From Eledone cirrhosa (taxonomy: Eukaryota), in NCBI GenBank assembly GCA_964016885.1, contig OZ024745.1:49042001-49106000 (forward strand): 64,000 nucleotides of DNA, read 5' to 3'. Position 1 is the first letter of the stretch. Every line of letters begins with the position of its first letter. A program made the position numbers and the translations under genes. The notes under the pieces were generated by a model that worked only from the letters and a program-made list of their open reading frames with translations, was not told where the DNA came from and searched no databases. Shown here piece after piece: positions 39,501 through 53,200 of this stretch.

Positions 39501-40764
39501 CAGACCAGGTGATGTGTTGTTTCCTTGAGCAAAACACTTTATTTCACATTGCTCCAGTTTACTCAGCTGTAGAAATGAGATGGTAGGGACCCCAGTCCCT
39601 ATCATTCCACTGCAAAGTGGTTGTGGAGGTGTCACAGCAAAAAAAGCACCCAGTCCACACTGTAAAGTGGACGGGTAGGCGCCATGGAAAAAAAGCACCC
39701 AGCACTCACTGTAAATGAGGTTGGTGTTAGGAAGGGCATCCAGCTGTAGAAATCAACCAAAATCAGTTCCCGTCCCACCCTTGCAAGCAGGGAAAAGCGG
39801 ACGTAAATGATGATGATGATGATGATATATATATATATATTAAAACAATAACAGAAAGCTGGATTGGAAAATTTACTTTAGAATTCTAACTCCACAAAAT
39901 CATAATTGGATGATAGAGCTGGGCCATCGAAATATGTGTAGTGATGTCGTGGAATTAAAATTCTAAAGTAAAGTTTCCAGTTGAGCTTTCTGTTGTTTTA
40001 ATGAATACTTTACTCCGTTCTTGCCCCAACCACTGGATGCCACATTTATGATGAATGACTTGCATAACATTGAGTGCTTTAATTAATTTGTTGCATCATC
40101 GTTTACCAACCTGAACCACTTCTTCTACCCACTGGTGAACAGCCTAACATAAATGATATATATATATATATATATATCATCATCTGGTGGTTTCAGCCGA
40201 AATTGGCTCAACAATTGATCTCCACGTGGGTCTGTCGTTCATTGCTAAGCCTGGATTTCAATACGAGAATCTCTGGAGATGACATCGAGGTAGGAGAGCT
40301 TGCGTCCCCTATTATTAGTGACTGCTTGTGGTTTCCAAAGCACTAATTGGGACACAGCCCCGTAGGTGGCACGATGGCAGTGGCCAGCAAATCTTACTCT
40401 TCTCTTACGTACAATGACAGATATGTGTGGGAGGCCGGCATATATCTCTCTCAAAGGCAAATGTCGCAGCTTATGTTCTGAATTTGCTGAAGCAGGCGAG
40501 TGTAAGTGCCATCAAGGTGCTTTTGTTGTTTGGCCTTCATCTCAACGAGGGTAAAACAGAGTACATAACAGGCAACAGCATCAAAGCAATCAACGGCAGT
40601 GATATCAAGCAAGTCGAGTATTTCAAGTATCTTGGGTTCTAGATCATGGACTCTGAGAAGGATTTCGCGACCAGAAAGGCCCAAGCATGGTCAGCTTGCA
40701 ACAAGATGGATCGAGTTTGGCGCTCAAATCTTTCCAACCGCACCAAGATCAGACTCTTCCAAGT

Positions 40765-40818
<54 letters not shown>

Positions 40819-41245
40819 GTAAATGAGGTTGGTGTTAGGAAGGGCATCCAGCTGTAGAAATCAAGCCAGAATCAGTTCCTGTATGAGCAAGGCACTGTCA
40901 GTCGACCGGACACTGCCCACAACAGGACAACCTATCTAACCCATGCTAGCGTGGAAGAACGGACGTAAAACGGTGATGATGATGATGATATACATACACA
41001 CACACAAACACATATATTTATTTGTCATTTGTTTCTTTTTTTCAGCCTGAATTAGATGAAACAAGTGATGACAGTGCCATATCCTATTTAGTAGAAAGAG
41101 GAGCTGATATAAATGCCCAGGACACCTATGGTAGCACACCATTGCATTTTGCAGCCATGAGAGGAAATGATGCAGCCATCACTCTCTTGTTGACGTTTCC
41201 TCAAATTGAAATTGATGTAAGTTTGCATTGTTGTTGTGTTGGTGG

Positions 41246-41290
<45 letters not shown>

Positions 41291-44200
41291 CACCATTACC
41301 GCCCCCGCCGCCGCTATTACTATTTGGCTTTTAATAAAATTAATCATTAAATTCAATTAGCCATTTTAGATTAAACAGTCTATGAAGATTTAATGATTTT
41401 CTTTCAATTAAAAGTTAAGAAGCCATTGCCCTTGTTATTTTATTGTGATAGCTACTATCCTTCTGTCAACAATTTTATGGATGAACCAATCAAAAGTCAG
41501 CATTTTTTTAAAATGCCGTCTTCCAACTCATTTGAAATTATTTCACAGCGAAATTACAATGTTAGCTCTCAGACTGACAACGTGTCATCAGGAAAATAGA
41601 CTGTGGACACAAATTGTGTATCTATGCACACCTTAACTTTTAACATTCTGTATCACATAAAACTACATTTGCAAATATTTCTTGAAAAGTACAAAACAAC
41701 ACTAAGATGGCATCACATTAAAGCCTTTACTCTAATAGTACAATTTTTCACAATGATCTGTCCATATTATAAATATTTTAGATATTCTCTGCTAAAGCAT
41801 TTGAGGATGTTAGAGGTGCACCCAAACAGAATTAGATTTGGATAACTACAGGAATATTGTCTAGAGTAGAAAACGAAATTGTGCGAAGATATCATTTTTG
41901 TTGAATTGTTTTGTAAAACATGTTAGATTTTCATTTACTTTATTTTATCAGAAAATGGACAAAACCCAAATGACTGCTTTGCATACTGCTGCACGTTACC
42001 GCCAAAAGATTGTTGCAGAAATCTTGATAAATGCTGGTGCAAAGATTCGGTGTTTTGATGATGAGAGATGTACTCCATTATTTTATGCTTGCTTCTATGG
42101 TTGTATAGATATTGTGAATCTATTATTTGATGCAGCTACACGAGAAGATGAATGGATTGTTTGTTATGAAGTAAGTTTGCCTTTTATGCTTCCAAGGTTG
42201 TTATCATATATCATTGTCATCATTTTACTATGTAGGTATGGGATGGATGAAACTATTTGGAGCTGTATATTCTATAGCTTGATGTTATTCATGATGCTAA
42301 CCCCTGTTGTAATAACCCCCTCCTCATAATCATTTTTACATTCACTTTTCTATACAGGTTGGACAAGGTTTTTTAGGGACAGTCTTTTCTACAGTTGGGT
42401 GCTCTTGCTGACATCAACCCATACTTTATATTTTAAGTATAGTATATACCAAACAACAACTCGAAAAGAATTATATGGTCAGACACATGATTAATCAAAC
42501 ATTTTGTCAATCCATTTCTCAGCAAAAAATACACCAACCTCATTTATGTCTTCTTTATTACCCACCCAAAAGAATTTGTTACTAGCATCTTTTCTAGTGA
42601 TAAGATGTACCTCTTGTACACAAATCACTATTTCTCTGTGATAATGTTTCAACTACCTCAGAGGATCATCCTCTCATAGTTCCAACATTCAAAGTGGCTA
42701 CACAAAATATAGTCTGAATTGAAATATGGCAGGATGAAGACCTGGGTGGCCTACGAGTCCTGACCCTACCTTTTAACAACACCTTCAACTAAACATTACT
42801 AGACCATCTCAAATTATATATAAAATGGTCTAGTGACTTTTGAGCCACCCTATACAGTGTGCTTTCCAAGGCATTGGTTGGGTGTACTGTACAAGACATA
42901 TGCCCAAGGTGCTTTGCAGGGGGATTGAACCAGGAACCATGTGGCTGCAAAGAAAACTTCTTAACCACACAGCTATGCCTGTACCAATGCTATGCTGGCC
43001 TATGTTATGAAAATCAAATTTCTTTTCTCATTCTTCATCTTCATCAGTATTTAAGATCTATTTGTCCATGTTTGCATTAGTTAGATGTGTTGTCATATTA
43101 TGAGACAAGTCTGATCAGGTGACCATGTCTTGCTCATAGGGATTTATTTTTTGTCTAGATTTCTATGGCTGGATGCCTTTTCTATCTTCAATCACATTAC
43201 GGTGTGGACTGGGTGCTTTATTTCTCGAGTCACCACCACCACAACTTTGCAGGGTGATCTGGAGGCTTTGCGAACAGTTAGAGTTATGCAAAGACAACCT
43301 GCTTTCAAAGATGTAGTTAATGTAATACTTTTGTTGAAGCAGTATATACTTCAGTATGTTAATTATTGAATTGCTTGAATTTTTTTATTTATTAATTTTC
43401 TTCAGGAGAAATTAACCATATCATTAACCCTAACTTTTCTCTCTTTTAGTTGGTTGCTGATAAAAATATAGATGGAAAAACTTGTCTTCATGCTGCAATT
43501 GATGGAGGTTTTGCTGAGGTTGCACAAATATGTTTAATGCGAGGTAAATAATTAAATTCTTTTCACAGCTTTAGTCATCCATCTTATTACATAGCTTAAC
43601 ATCTTATCTTGTGGAACACCAGGAATTTTTAATAGAATCCATTGCTACAGATCCTTACAGCTACAATGTCATAAATTTTTTAAATGCCCCTGGTATAAGA
43701 ATTGATTAATAAAATGATTCTGTTCTGTTTTGTTTTGAATATTCCACCATTATTCTTTTCTTTTGATTGTTTTAGGTGCAGATGTAAATGGCGTAGAATC
43801 AGACCGGTCCATGCCACTCCATCGAGCTGCGATGTCTGGTAATATGGAATGTGTAAAATTGTTAGTTGATAATGATGCTAGAATAGATGCCTATGATGAA
43901 GACCAATCAACACCACTGCATAAAGCTGCATTATATAATCATTATAATGTAGTTGATTATCTTATAAACTGGTATGGTTACTACTTAGTTTTTTTCTAAT
44001 CATTATTTCACCTTACAGCAGAGTATAAAATGCCATGGACATAATTCACTTGATATTTGAGAATCTTCATAATCACTATTTTAGGAGAAATTATTTTCCA
44101 AGAGAGGTTAGCCTGCTGGGGAAGGTGTATATTATCTGTGAGTTGTTATGCCTGGCAGTGACAGGAAGTGCTTTTCCAGTGACAGGAAGTGGGATTTGAA

Positions 44201-47200
44201 CTTAGAATGCATAGAACTAGAACAGATACCACAAAGCATCCCTTTATACTCTTTAACAATTTTTCCAATCTACTGCTCTTGGATTGTTAATTCCATGCTA
44301 GTGTGGAAGATGGACGTTAAACGATGATGATGATGATGATGATGATTTATCAACTCCCCAAAAAATGAAATACAAAGTAGACCACATTGGTATTTGAACT
44401 CGGAGTGCAGAGGGATGGAATAAGTACCAAGGCATTTAATCTGACACCCTAACAACTCTGCCTATTCATCACCTGCTTAAGTTTAGCATTCAACATTAAA
44501 TTCAATGCTACAATGAAGTCCTAAATTATGTTTTCTACACCATCATGTATTATTGAGTGGCTGCAGGTAGATATGTTGATTCTGGTGAGTGATGATCCAC
44601 CAAGGGATTACTACAATATAAGAGATTAGATCAGATGATATTTACCAATGCCAATTTGGTATGGTGTCATGTGCAGAACAGCACTTCAACCTCAACAACA
44701 ATAGCAGTCTACAGATGTAACATCTGTAGCTGTGAGTGCAGATCTTGGAATGGTTTGAGCTCACACATGAATGTACATACCAAGAGAAGTTGCCAGAGGA
44801 ACATCATCATTGATTTGACAGACCACTGAAGAAGTGTGTACATGTATATGTGTTTGTGAGTGTGTGGGCATCTGTTGGGAATTACAAGGCGAGCGTAAGG
44901 TTCAGGAAATAAAGTTACATGAACTTTTTCACATCCAATTATTTTTTGAGTAAAACACTGCAACTTATCTGCCAGTATATATAGTAATTTAGAATTAATG
45001 CTTCATATTTTCCTGATACTTTAGAATTATACGTTTATAAATTATACATTTATCCCACTTTACAATTAATTCACTATAATTTCTTATTCTCTTTGTGTTC
45101 TTAGTGGTGCTCGTGTTAACAAGAGAGATAGTGACAGTTATAGTCCACTGTTGTTAGCAGCACTTCGTGGCCATATTGAGACCATTGAGATATTAATGAA
45201 TGCTTCTGCAGACCCTTTAGCTGTGGACAAATATGAAAAAACGGCTGTTTTTCTGGCTTCAGAAGAAAACAAAGTTGAAGTTCTCAAGGTTATTTTTTCA
45301 GTTTCTAAACTTTTGATTTTAACTTCCTTCTCCTTTGCATTCTCCTCATCGTCATCGTCCTCCTCCTTTCTTCGTTTTCTTCTTTTGTTCTTTTTCTTTT
45401 TTTCTTTTTCTTTTTTCTTTTTCTTTATTTCACATTCTTTATTTTTTTCTTTTTTTTCTTTTTTCTTTTTTTCTTTTTTTCTTTTTTTCTTTTTTTCTTT
45501 TTTTCTTTTTTTCTTTTTTTTTCTTTTTTTTTCTTTTTTTTCTTTTTTTCTTTTTTTCTTTTTTCTTCCTTCATTTTTTTCGTCTTTTTCTTTTTTTCCT
45601 TTTCTTTTTTTTCTTCTATATGATGTGTTAGATATGTTAGATACGTTATATTAAACAGGTTTACATTATATTGAAACTTAATATTAAATAGTCTAAAAAA
45701 ATTATAATCATATTAATAGTAACTCATCTCAGATATTTAAATTGAATGATTTTTGTGAATGATGATCATTGATTATAGGCCAATTAATATTTATTAACAT
45801 TGTTGACTGTTGCAATTCTCTTTTCATTTTGCCATAACTTATGGAGTGTCTATATCCCCATCATCATCATTATCATTAGCACTATCATTGTATATTGTAT
45901 CTGTTATTTAATATTCAATGAAGATTTCATCTATTTTTTTTTTTAGAAACTTTTGGAATATCCTGGAATGAAAGATCAAATCCATGCGAATGATCAGTAT
46001 GGCAATCGACCATTACATGTGGCAGCACAAGAAGGATTCACGGAGATTTTGATGGTAACATTAGCTAATTACAAATGTATAATCTCTCTATATAGTGTCA
46101 CTATTACTGCTGTTGAAGTAGTAATAAAAAGGAAAAGAGTCAATCATTAGATTGGACCAAGTAAACTATATTTCAGTTGATCTCTCTATTGCTGATACTA
46201 TCTACCTCTTGCATCTCCTGGTAGAAAGAAGCAAGATTTGAACTCAGAATGCACAGAGCCAAGTCAGATACTGCAGAGTATCTTGTCTATCTCTTTAACA
46301 ATTCCACCAAATCACAGCATCTGGACTTTATCAATACTGAAAGGTTGAAAGGTACAGTTAACCTTGGCAGGATTTGAACTCAGAATACACAGAGCTGAAA
46401 CAAATACTGACTCTCTACTGACTCTGCCAATTTACTGCCATTGTAGTAATAAATAAGTATTTGATTTTGATATATTCATTAATTTCACTGTTCATTGGAA
46501 GACTATTGTTACTCTGATGAAAAATTGTTGCTTTACTTCATTTAGTTTTGATTTTTTAATGGTTTAGTCCAGGAGGAATAGTGCTCATGAGATTGTAGGG
46601 TGGAAGGGTAGTGTTTTATAAGAAAAAGACCCATTGCCTGGTTTAACACTGTCACCTGGTGCGTGAATATCTTTAGCAGAGTCTACTCTTTTGCAAGTAT
46701 TCAGGCCTCTAGTTTGGGGATACCTTCCTCTCTCTCTATCAACAGTCTTGGAGGCCCCCAAAAGGCTTAGAAACACTGTCTGCCTCGTTTTGATCAAACA
46801 GGAAAAAATCTACATGATCTTAAAGAAAAAAACTTCACTTAAAAGATATTTGAAAACAAATATAAAAAGTAATTGTTTAATTATTTTTCAGATTCTTTTA
46901 AATCATGGAGCTGATATTATGGCCGCAAATGATGATGAAGAAACACCAATACATCTAGCCTCAAAATGTGGACGAACTAAGTAAGCTGTCTTCTTTACAC
47001 TTTTCAGTAACTGTAGCTAATAAGGAGTGGCTAATAACAATAAGGTGTCTAGTTGTTAGAGCATTGGATTAAATGCCTCACATTATTTGTTCTAGTTCCG
47101 GTGGATTGGCAGTATCGGTAGAGAGTCGGACACCATGCTTTGAAGCATAGAGTTACGTCCCTTTATGATCTGAGTTCAAATCACGCCGAGGTTAACTTTG

Positions 47201-50200
47201 CCTTTCATCCTTTCGGGGTCGATAAAATAAAGTACCAGTAATGTACTGGATAATTGCTGGCCTTGTGCCTAAAATAGAAACAATTATTTGTTCTAGCTCC
47301 CTGCACTCTGAATTCAAATACCACAGATGTCAATATTGCCTTTCATTGTTTCAGGGTTGATAAATAAAGTAGTAGTACTGGGAGGTGGATTTGTAGGACT
47401 GTTAAAACATTGGACATGATGCCTTGCAGTATCTCTTTCACTCTTTTGAATTCTAAGTTTGCCTGCAAAAACACTGATGCCAAGATGTATTAGTGCTTGC
47501 TTTTCTCTTGGACAGCATTTGTTCGATCAGCCAGTATTTTTTGCTTCTGCCTCTAAGCCTTACAAGAATACATGGCTAAACATCATACCTGTGTGGTCAA
47601 CTGATATCTAACTAGACTGCAAGCATCTCTGTATTGACATTTCCCTCATGGTCAGTCTCCGAATTGGCAAATAACACAAAGGATATTGTTGCTCTATGAT
47701 AAATGCTTTGAGAATCCACCCAACTTAGTGTCTGCTTTTTCACACAACATGCCACTCTCAACGAGATTGTTAAACATGGCTTACATGTAGCTAGCTTCCT
47801 GTCACAGCTGGAATCCATGTGGGGAAGGGAGGGTAGATCATCATCATCATCATCATCATCATCATTATCAAGGTTGTTAAATATGGCTTACATACAGCTA
47901 ACTTCCCATTACAAGGAGAATGCAAAACACCAGACAACATTACAGCCTTTCTATTTAGAGGTAGTAAGTCATATGATATAAAATATACACTAAATTCACT
48001 TCTTTTATCAGTAGTTTTCATTTTTCTCTCAACAGTGTTGTCCGTGCACTTGTTAAAGCTGATAAATCTGTAGTGAAATCAGAAGATGAAGACTCTAATA
48101 CACCATTGCATATTGCTGCACTTAATGGACATGACAAAGTTGGAGAAATTCTCATAAACTTTGGAGCAGATGTTGGAGCAGTGTAAGTAAAAAAATTGAA
48201 TGAATAAAAATAAAAATAGAAAACTAGTTTATTTTGGCACCATCAAAGTTTTCTGAATGTTCACTTTCTTATAAACTTATTTATCTCTCTCTTTCTCCCT
48301 TCTCTCTCTCTCAAACGAAGGTGGATGAGTGGAGTAATACTCAGAGATAGGAAGATAAAAAATGATTTGCAGAGGATGATGGGAATAGAGCCAGTGATGA
48401 GTGTTGTGTAGTGAAATGGAATGAGATAGTTGGGTCATGTGTTGAAAGATGAAAGCAGCTAGATGAGAGGAGAGATAGAAATTAATGAGGAAAGAAGTAA
48501 AGTAAGGGGAGGACCAACATAACTAAAGATGATGGGGAAGAGATAGAAAAGGGCTTGCAGGGCTAACCCCTACATTAGCAGGAAAAATAACCTTACATTA
48601 AAGCATCCATTGCTGTTCGTTTGTATCTCTGACACAACCTCTATCTCTCTCCTTCTTTCTCTCTCCATCCACTTAATCAGAGCTTTTGTTCTTCTAGACC
48701 AGCCAGCAACAATGTCTTGCTTACATTTGTTCTAAATAAATACAAACATATAGAGATACTTTTAAAGTCTTGCATCATAGAACGAAGGGTGGTTTCAGAC
48801 ACTATGCTATCAAAAGGGTTAATTTCAAAATCAAATCAAATCTTTCAATGATCATTTATAAAATATTTATCATTGTTTTTCTTTTTTGCTAATAATTTCA
48901 GTAACAATAACATGTGGACTCCACTGGACTGTGCTGCTGCAAATGGATGGACTCACATGGCTTCAATACTTTTAGATTCTGATAGCTTAGTGGATCCAGC
49001 AGATAAATCTAAGGTTTGTATATTAGACACTGTAATGACTTTGTGCTACTCATCAACATCACTAGCATTGTCATCATTATCATCATCATCCTGACAAGTG
49101 TGGAAACGTTTGTAAGCAAGATGTAGCCTCCTTAGCTCATCTGAGAAGTCAGTAGCTTCACTTGAGTACTGACTCAGCCTGTGATGACCAATCCAATTCT
49201 TGCTAGTATGAAAAACATATTAAATGATGATGATAATGATGATGTTGGAGTAAAACATTTTGTTTTGAGTTTGGTTATTTTTGTGAAGAGAGAATGGTGA
49301 GAAGATCTAGGATCATTGAACTGTGTATAATTAAAACAGTTGTAGCAAGAAGAGTTCTAGCCTTTTTCATCTTAAGTAGAAAAAAATTACTTGTAAAATA
49401 TTAATACTTTTCTGATCATTTACTAATCATACGTTTCTAATTTGTAGACAACTCCCCTTCATCTTGCTTGTCGTAATGGACACTTACGTATGGTGCGGCT
49501 CCTACTGGAACGGAATGCCAGTGTAAATCAACGGGACTCTGATGGAAATAATTGTCTTGATTTGGCAATTGATAATAATAACAAGTAAGGGATTCCAGTA
49601 TGAACTATTGTTTCCCCCAGAAACGTTTGTGTTACTTAAAATGCCATTTTTTGTTTCTTGTTTTAGTCACAGTATCTGGATTATAGTATGTTTATTTATT
49701 CACTTTACTGTTTATTATAACCCAAATAAATGGTGGATTGGCAGTCAATGGACTGTCTGACAAATATATAGCAATATTTGTTCCAGCTCTTTACATTCTG
49801 AGTTCAAATCACATCAAGGTCAACTTTACTTTTCATCCTTTGGAGGTTGATAAAATAGAGTATCGACTTTTCCATCCCAATAGATTGTTTGCCTTGTGCC
49901 TAAATTAAAAACCATTATAACATAGATTCAGTATTATCATCATTGCCATTTTTACATCTGTTGAACCCATGCTAGCATAGGTTCAACAGATCCTCTTCAA
50001 AACAGCATTTTACTACTTGTATTCTTTTCTCGTCTATATTGTGAGGTTCAGCATCCTGAAATTAGCTTCCACCCACATCTTCCATACTTTCCTTCCATTT
50101 GGAGCTCTTGGCATCCCTTCTTCAACTGACATCATCTATACAAGTTACATCAACATACCAGCACAGCTTTCTTTCTTGCACACCATATCTGATTCCCGTT

Positions 50201-53200
50201 ATACCCAGTTTTTTTTTATCTCAACTCACCTCTGCTTCATCGTTCAAGCACTCTAGTGTTACACATCCAATGGTGTATTCTTCCTTCATTTTTTTGTCAT
50301 TTATTCAATTACAGATTGAAACTTAGAATCTATTGTAATTATGATACACTGACCCATAAGTAGTATTAACTAACTAGGACATGTGTTCAAATCCTTGCGT
50401 TACAACATCACAGCTTTCAATAGAATTTTTATTATACATTTAGGTGGAATAGAGATTTTTTAATAATATGTCTTAAGTCATATACAAGGTTAAGTTCAGT
50501 GTGCTGTGAATGGAATTGTAAGCTCCTAGATGATTAGATGTTTTTTTTTCATTTATAAGAAAAACTAAGCATTTAAAATTTCATCTGTGATTTTCATTTG
50601 GTTGATTTGTAACAAGTGTTTCTTAATCCATTCATATAGTAGAGGTTTTTTTTATTATCCCTAAATACTGTTATATACCCAGTTTTTGGTATGGACATGT
50701 GATGCGTATGAAGGATGACAGCTGCATAAAAAGGTGCAGAGCATTAGAAGTCAAGGGAAACTGCGGAGTGGGGAGATCCAAGAAGACCTGGGATGAGGTG
50801 ATAAAAGCTGACCTTACCCAATTACACCTCTCAAAGGCGATGACACACGACCGTGACCTCTGGCGTCATGCAGTAATACAGAGTACCCGACCCCCCATGG
50901 GTACAAACTGAAGCATATAGACAATATGCCCTCACACCCTCCCACTGCAAGGTGGTCGTGGAGGTGCCACGGTAAAAAAGCACCCAGCCCACACTGTAAA
51001 GTGGACGTGTAGGCGCCATGGAAAAAGCACCCAGCACTCACTGTAAATGAGGTTAGTGTTAGGAAGGGCATCCAGCTGTAGAAATCAAGCCAAAATCAGT
51101 TCCTGTATGAGCAAGGCATGGTCAGCCGACCAGACACTGCCCACAACAGGACAACCCGTCTAACCCATGCTAGCATGGAAGAACGGACGTAAAACGGTGA
51201 TGATGATGATGATGATGACTGTTAACAGAAATTTGTGACTGCTTTACACTCACGGTGAATTGGCAGTATCGGTAGAGGGTTGGATTATGCTTTCCAGCAT
51301 AGTTACGTCCCTTTACGATCTGAGTTCAATTCCCGCTGAGGTTAACTTTGCCTTTCATCCTTACGGGGTCGAAAAAATAAAGTACCAGTAATGTACTGGG
51401 TAATTGCTGGCCTTGTGCCTAAAGTAGAAACAATTATTTTAATGATTCCATTTTTCAGCTTCATTCCTCAATGTATTCAGAAATATTACTGGATGGAACA
51501 ATTATATATACATGGCGTCCCCCCATAATATATACACACTTCAACAGTATTCTAACAAAGTGTATATACATTTATTGGGACACCCTGTATATTATACATT
51601 CATGCCTTTATTCAGCATGCCCACTTATACATTTGTATAACATTCTGGAAACATTGTTAATACGACCATATTTTATCCAATTTCAGTGATGTTGCTATGC
51701 AAATTGTCAGTGACAAGAGATGGGAAGAAGCCATGCAAAATGAAACACTAAACTTGAAAACAGGATATCGCCAAACCCCAATGAGAAAATTAATCAGAAA
51801 AATGCCAGGTGAAAGAGTGGTATTTTTTGTATATAAACCTGTATTAAAATCTGATACAGTATTACTTTTTACACTTTATTATTGATCTTAAATTCTTAAG
51901 GGCGGTGGATTGGCAGTATCGGTAGAGGGTCGGACGCCATGCTTTCCAGCATAGTTACGTCCCTTTACGATCTGAGTTCAAATCCCGCCGAGGTTGACTT
52001 TGCCTTTCATCCTTACGGGGTCGATAAAATAAAAGTACCAGTAATGCACTGGGTAATTGCTGGCCTTGTGCCTAAAGTAGAAACAATTATTGATCTTAAA
52101 ACTATTATTACTATTAATATATGGGTTAGAAGAAACTGAGAATACCAACATAGAGCATTATAGTATGTCAATATAGCAGCTATAGATAGTATCAGTATAG
52201 GGTATTATAATGATGTTAACATAATCATTTAATAGCCATGAAATGTATGGCCAGTAATGTACATCAAGATATAAGCTTCCAGCTGGCTGAGACTACATAA
52301 TTGCTTCAATTTCCTGTTGAAGTTATTATATTTATGCCATTAAGATTTATGCCATTGATAAAAGAAAGAAGGCTATAATATCTGCCTTTTTTAACTTTTT
52401 GTCTATTGTAAGTAACACAGATCAATATCCTTGGAAAATGATTGATAGTTTTAGTCTTAGCTTCTTCCATGCCTTTTGGTGTATCGAGCAGTAAGTAGTC
52501 ACTAATGGCTACAATCAGGGGCAGCTTCTTGACGTCTGTGCCAAGTGATGTTGGCTGCCATCAGGTCTTTTTGGAACGTTTGTCACCAGGTGATCCTGGG
52601 GCATACTCGCTTCCATTTGCCTCCAGGTGGAGTCCAGTTCATCGCTGTTTTCGAATGTCATTGCCCAGGTGCAGAATATGACCACCTAGGTGGCACTGTT
52701 GCAATATAGATAATAAAATTATAAGATTTTCTCAGATTTTCTCAGATTTTCTAAGAAAGAAAAAATAGCATGTAGCAAAGACTGGTTGAAGATGATATTA
52801 TTGAAGTATTGGAGGTGAATATAAAGGATCTTTGATATATGACAGAAAATTGGCAGAGTTTTAAAGCATAGGTCAAAATGCTTTGTATTTATTCTGGCTC
52901 TCTGTGCCAGAAATCAAAGTTTAAATCTTACTGATATTAATTTTGTTTTTCATCCTTTTGGGGGGTTGATAAACTAATGTACCAATCCAAGGTGGTGGAT
53001 TGGTGAAATTGTTAAAGCAATGAACATGATACCTTGTGGTATTTGTTGTGGCTCTTTGCATTCTGAATTCAAATCCTGCTGTGACCTGCTTTAGTAGATA
53101 TAATCTGTTGCCCAAATTAATATTATTAACCCAGTCATGGATAAAATGTGGCCCGTTTGGCTTTCTGAATGGCACACCTAATTTCATCTTATGATGAGCC

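Noticed and set aside
39436-39510. tRNA genes at A/B-box sequences
   Set aside because: I see no full cloverleaf, and the boxes continue into repeated SINE bodies.
41520-41600. Minus-strand CTGATGA...GAAA as a further hammerhead
   Set aside because: Stem II does not close and there is no properly placed NUH triplet.
45151-45654. 167 aa ORF with a poly-Phe tail
   Set aside because: It is exon 8 read through its donor site into a T-rich intron tract.
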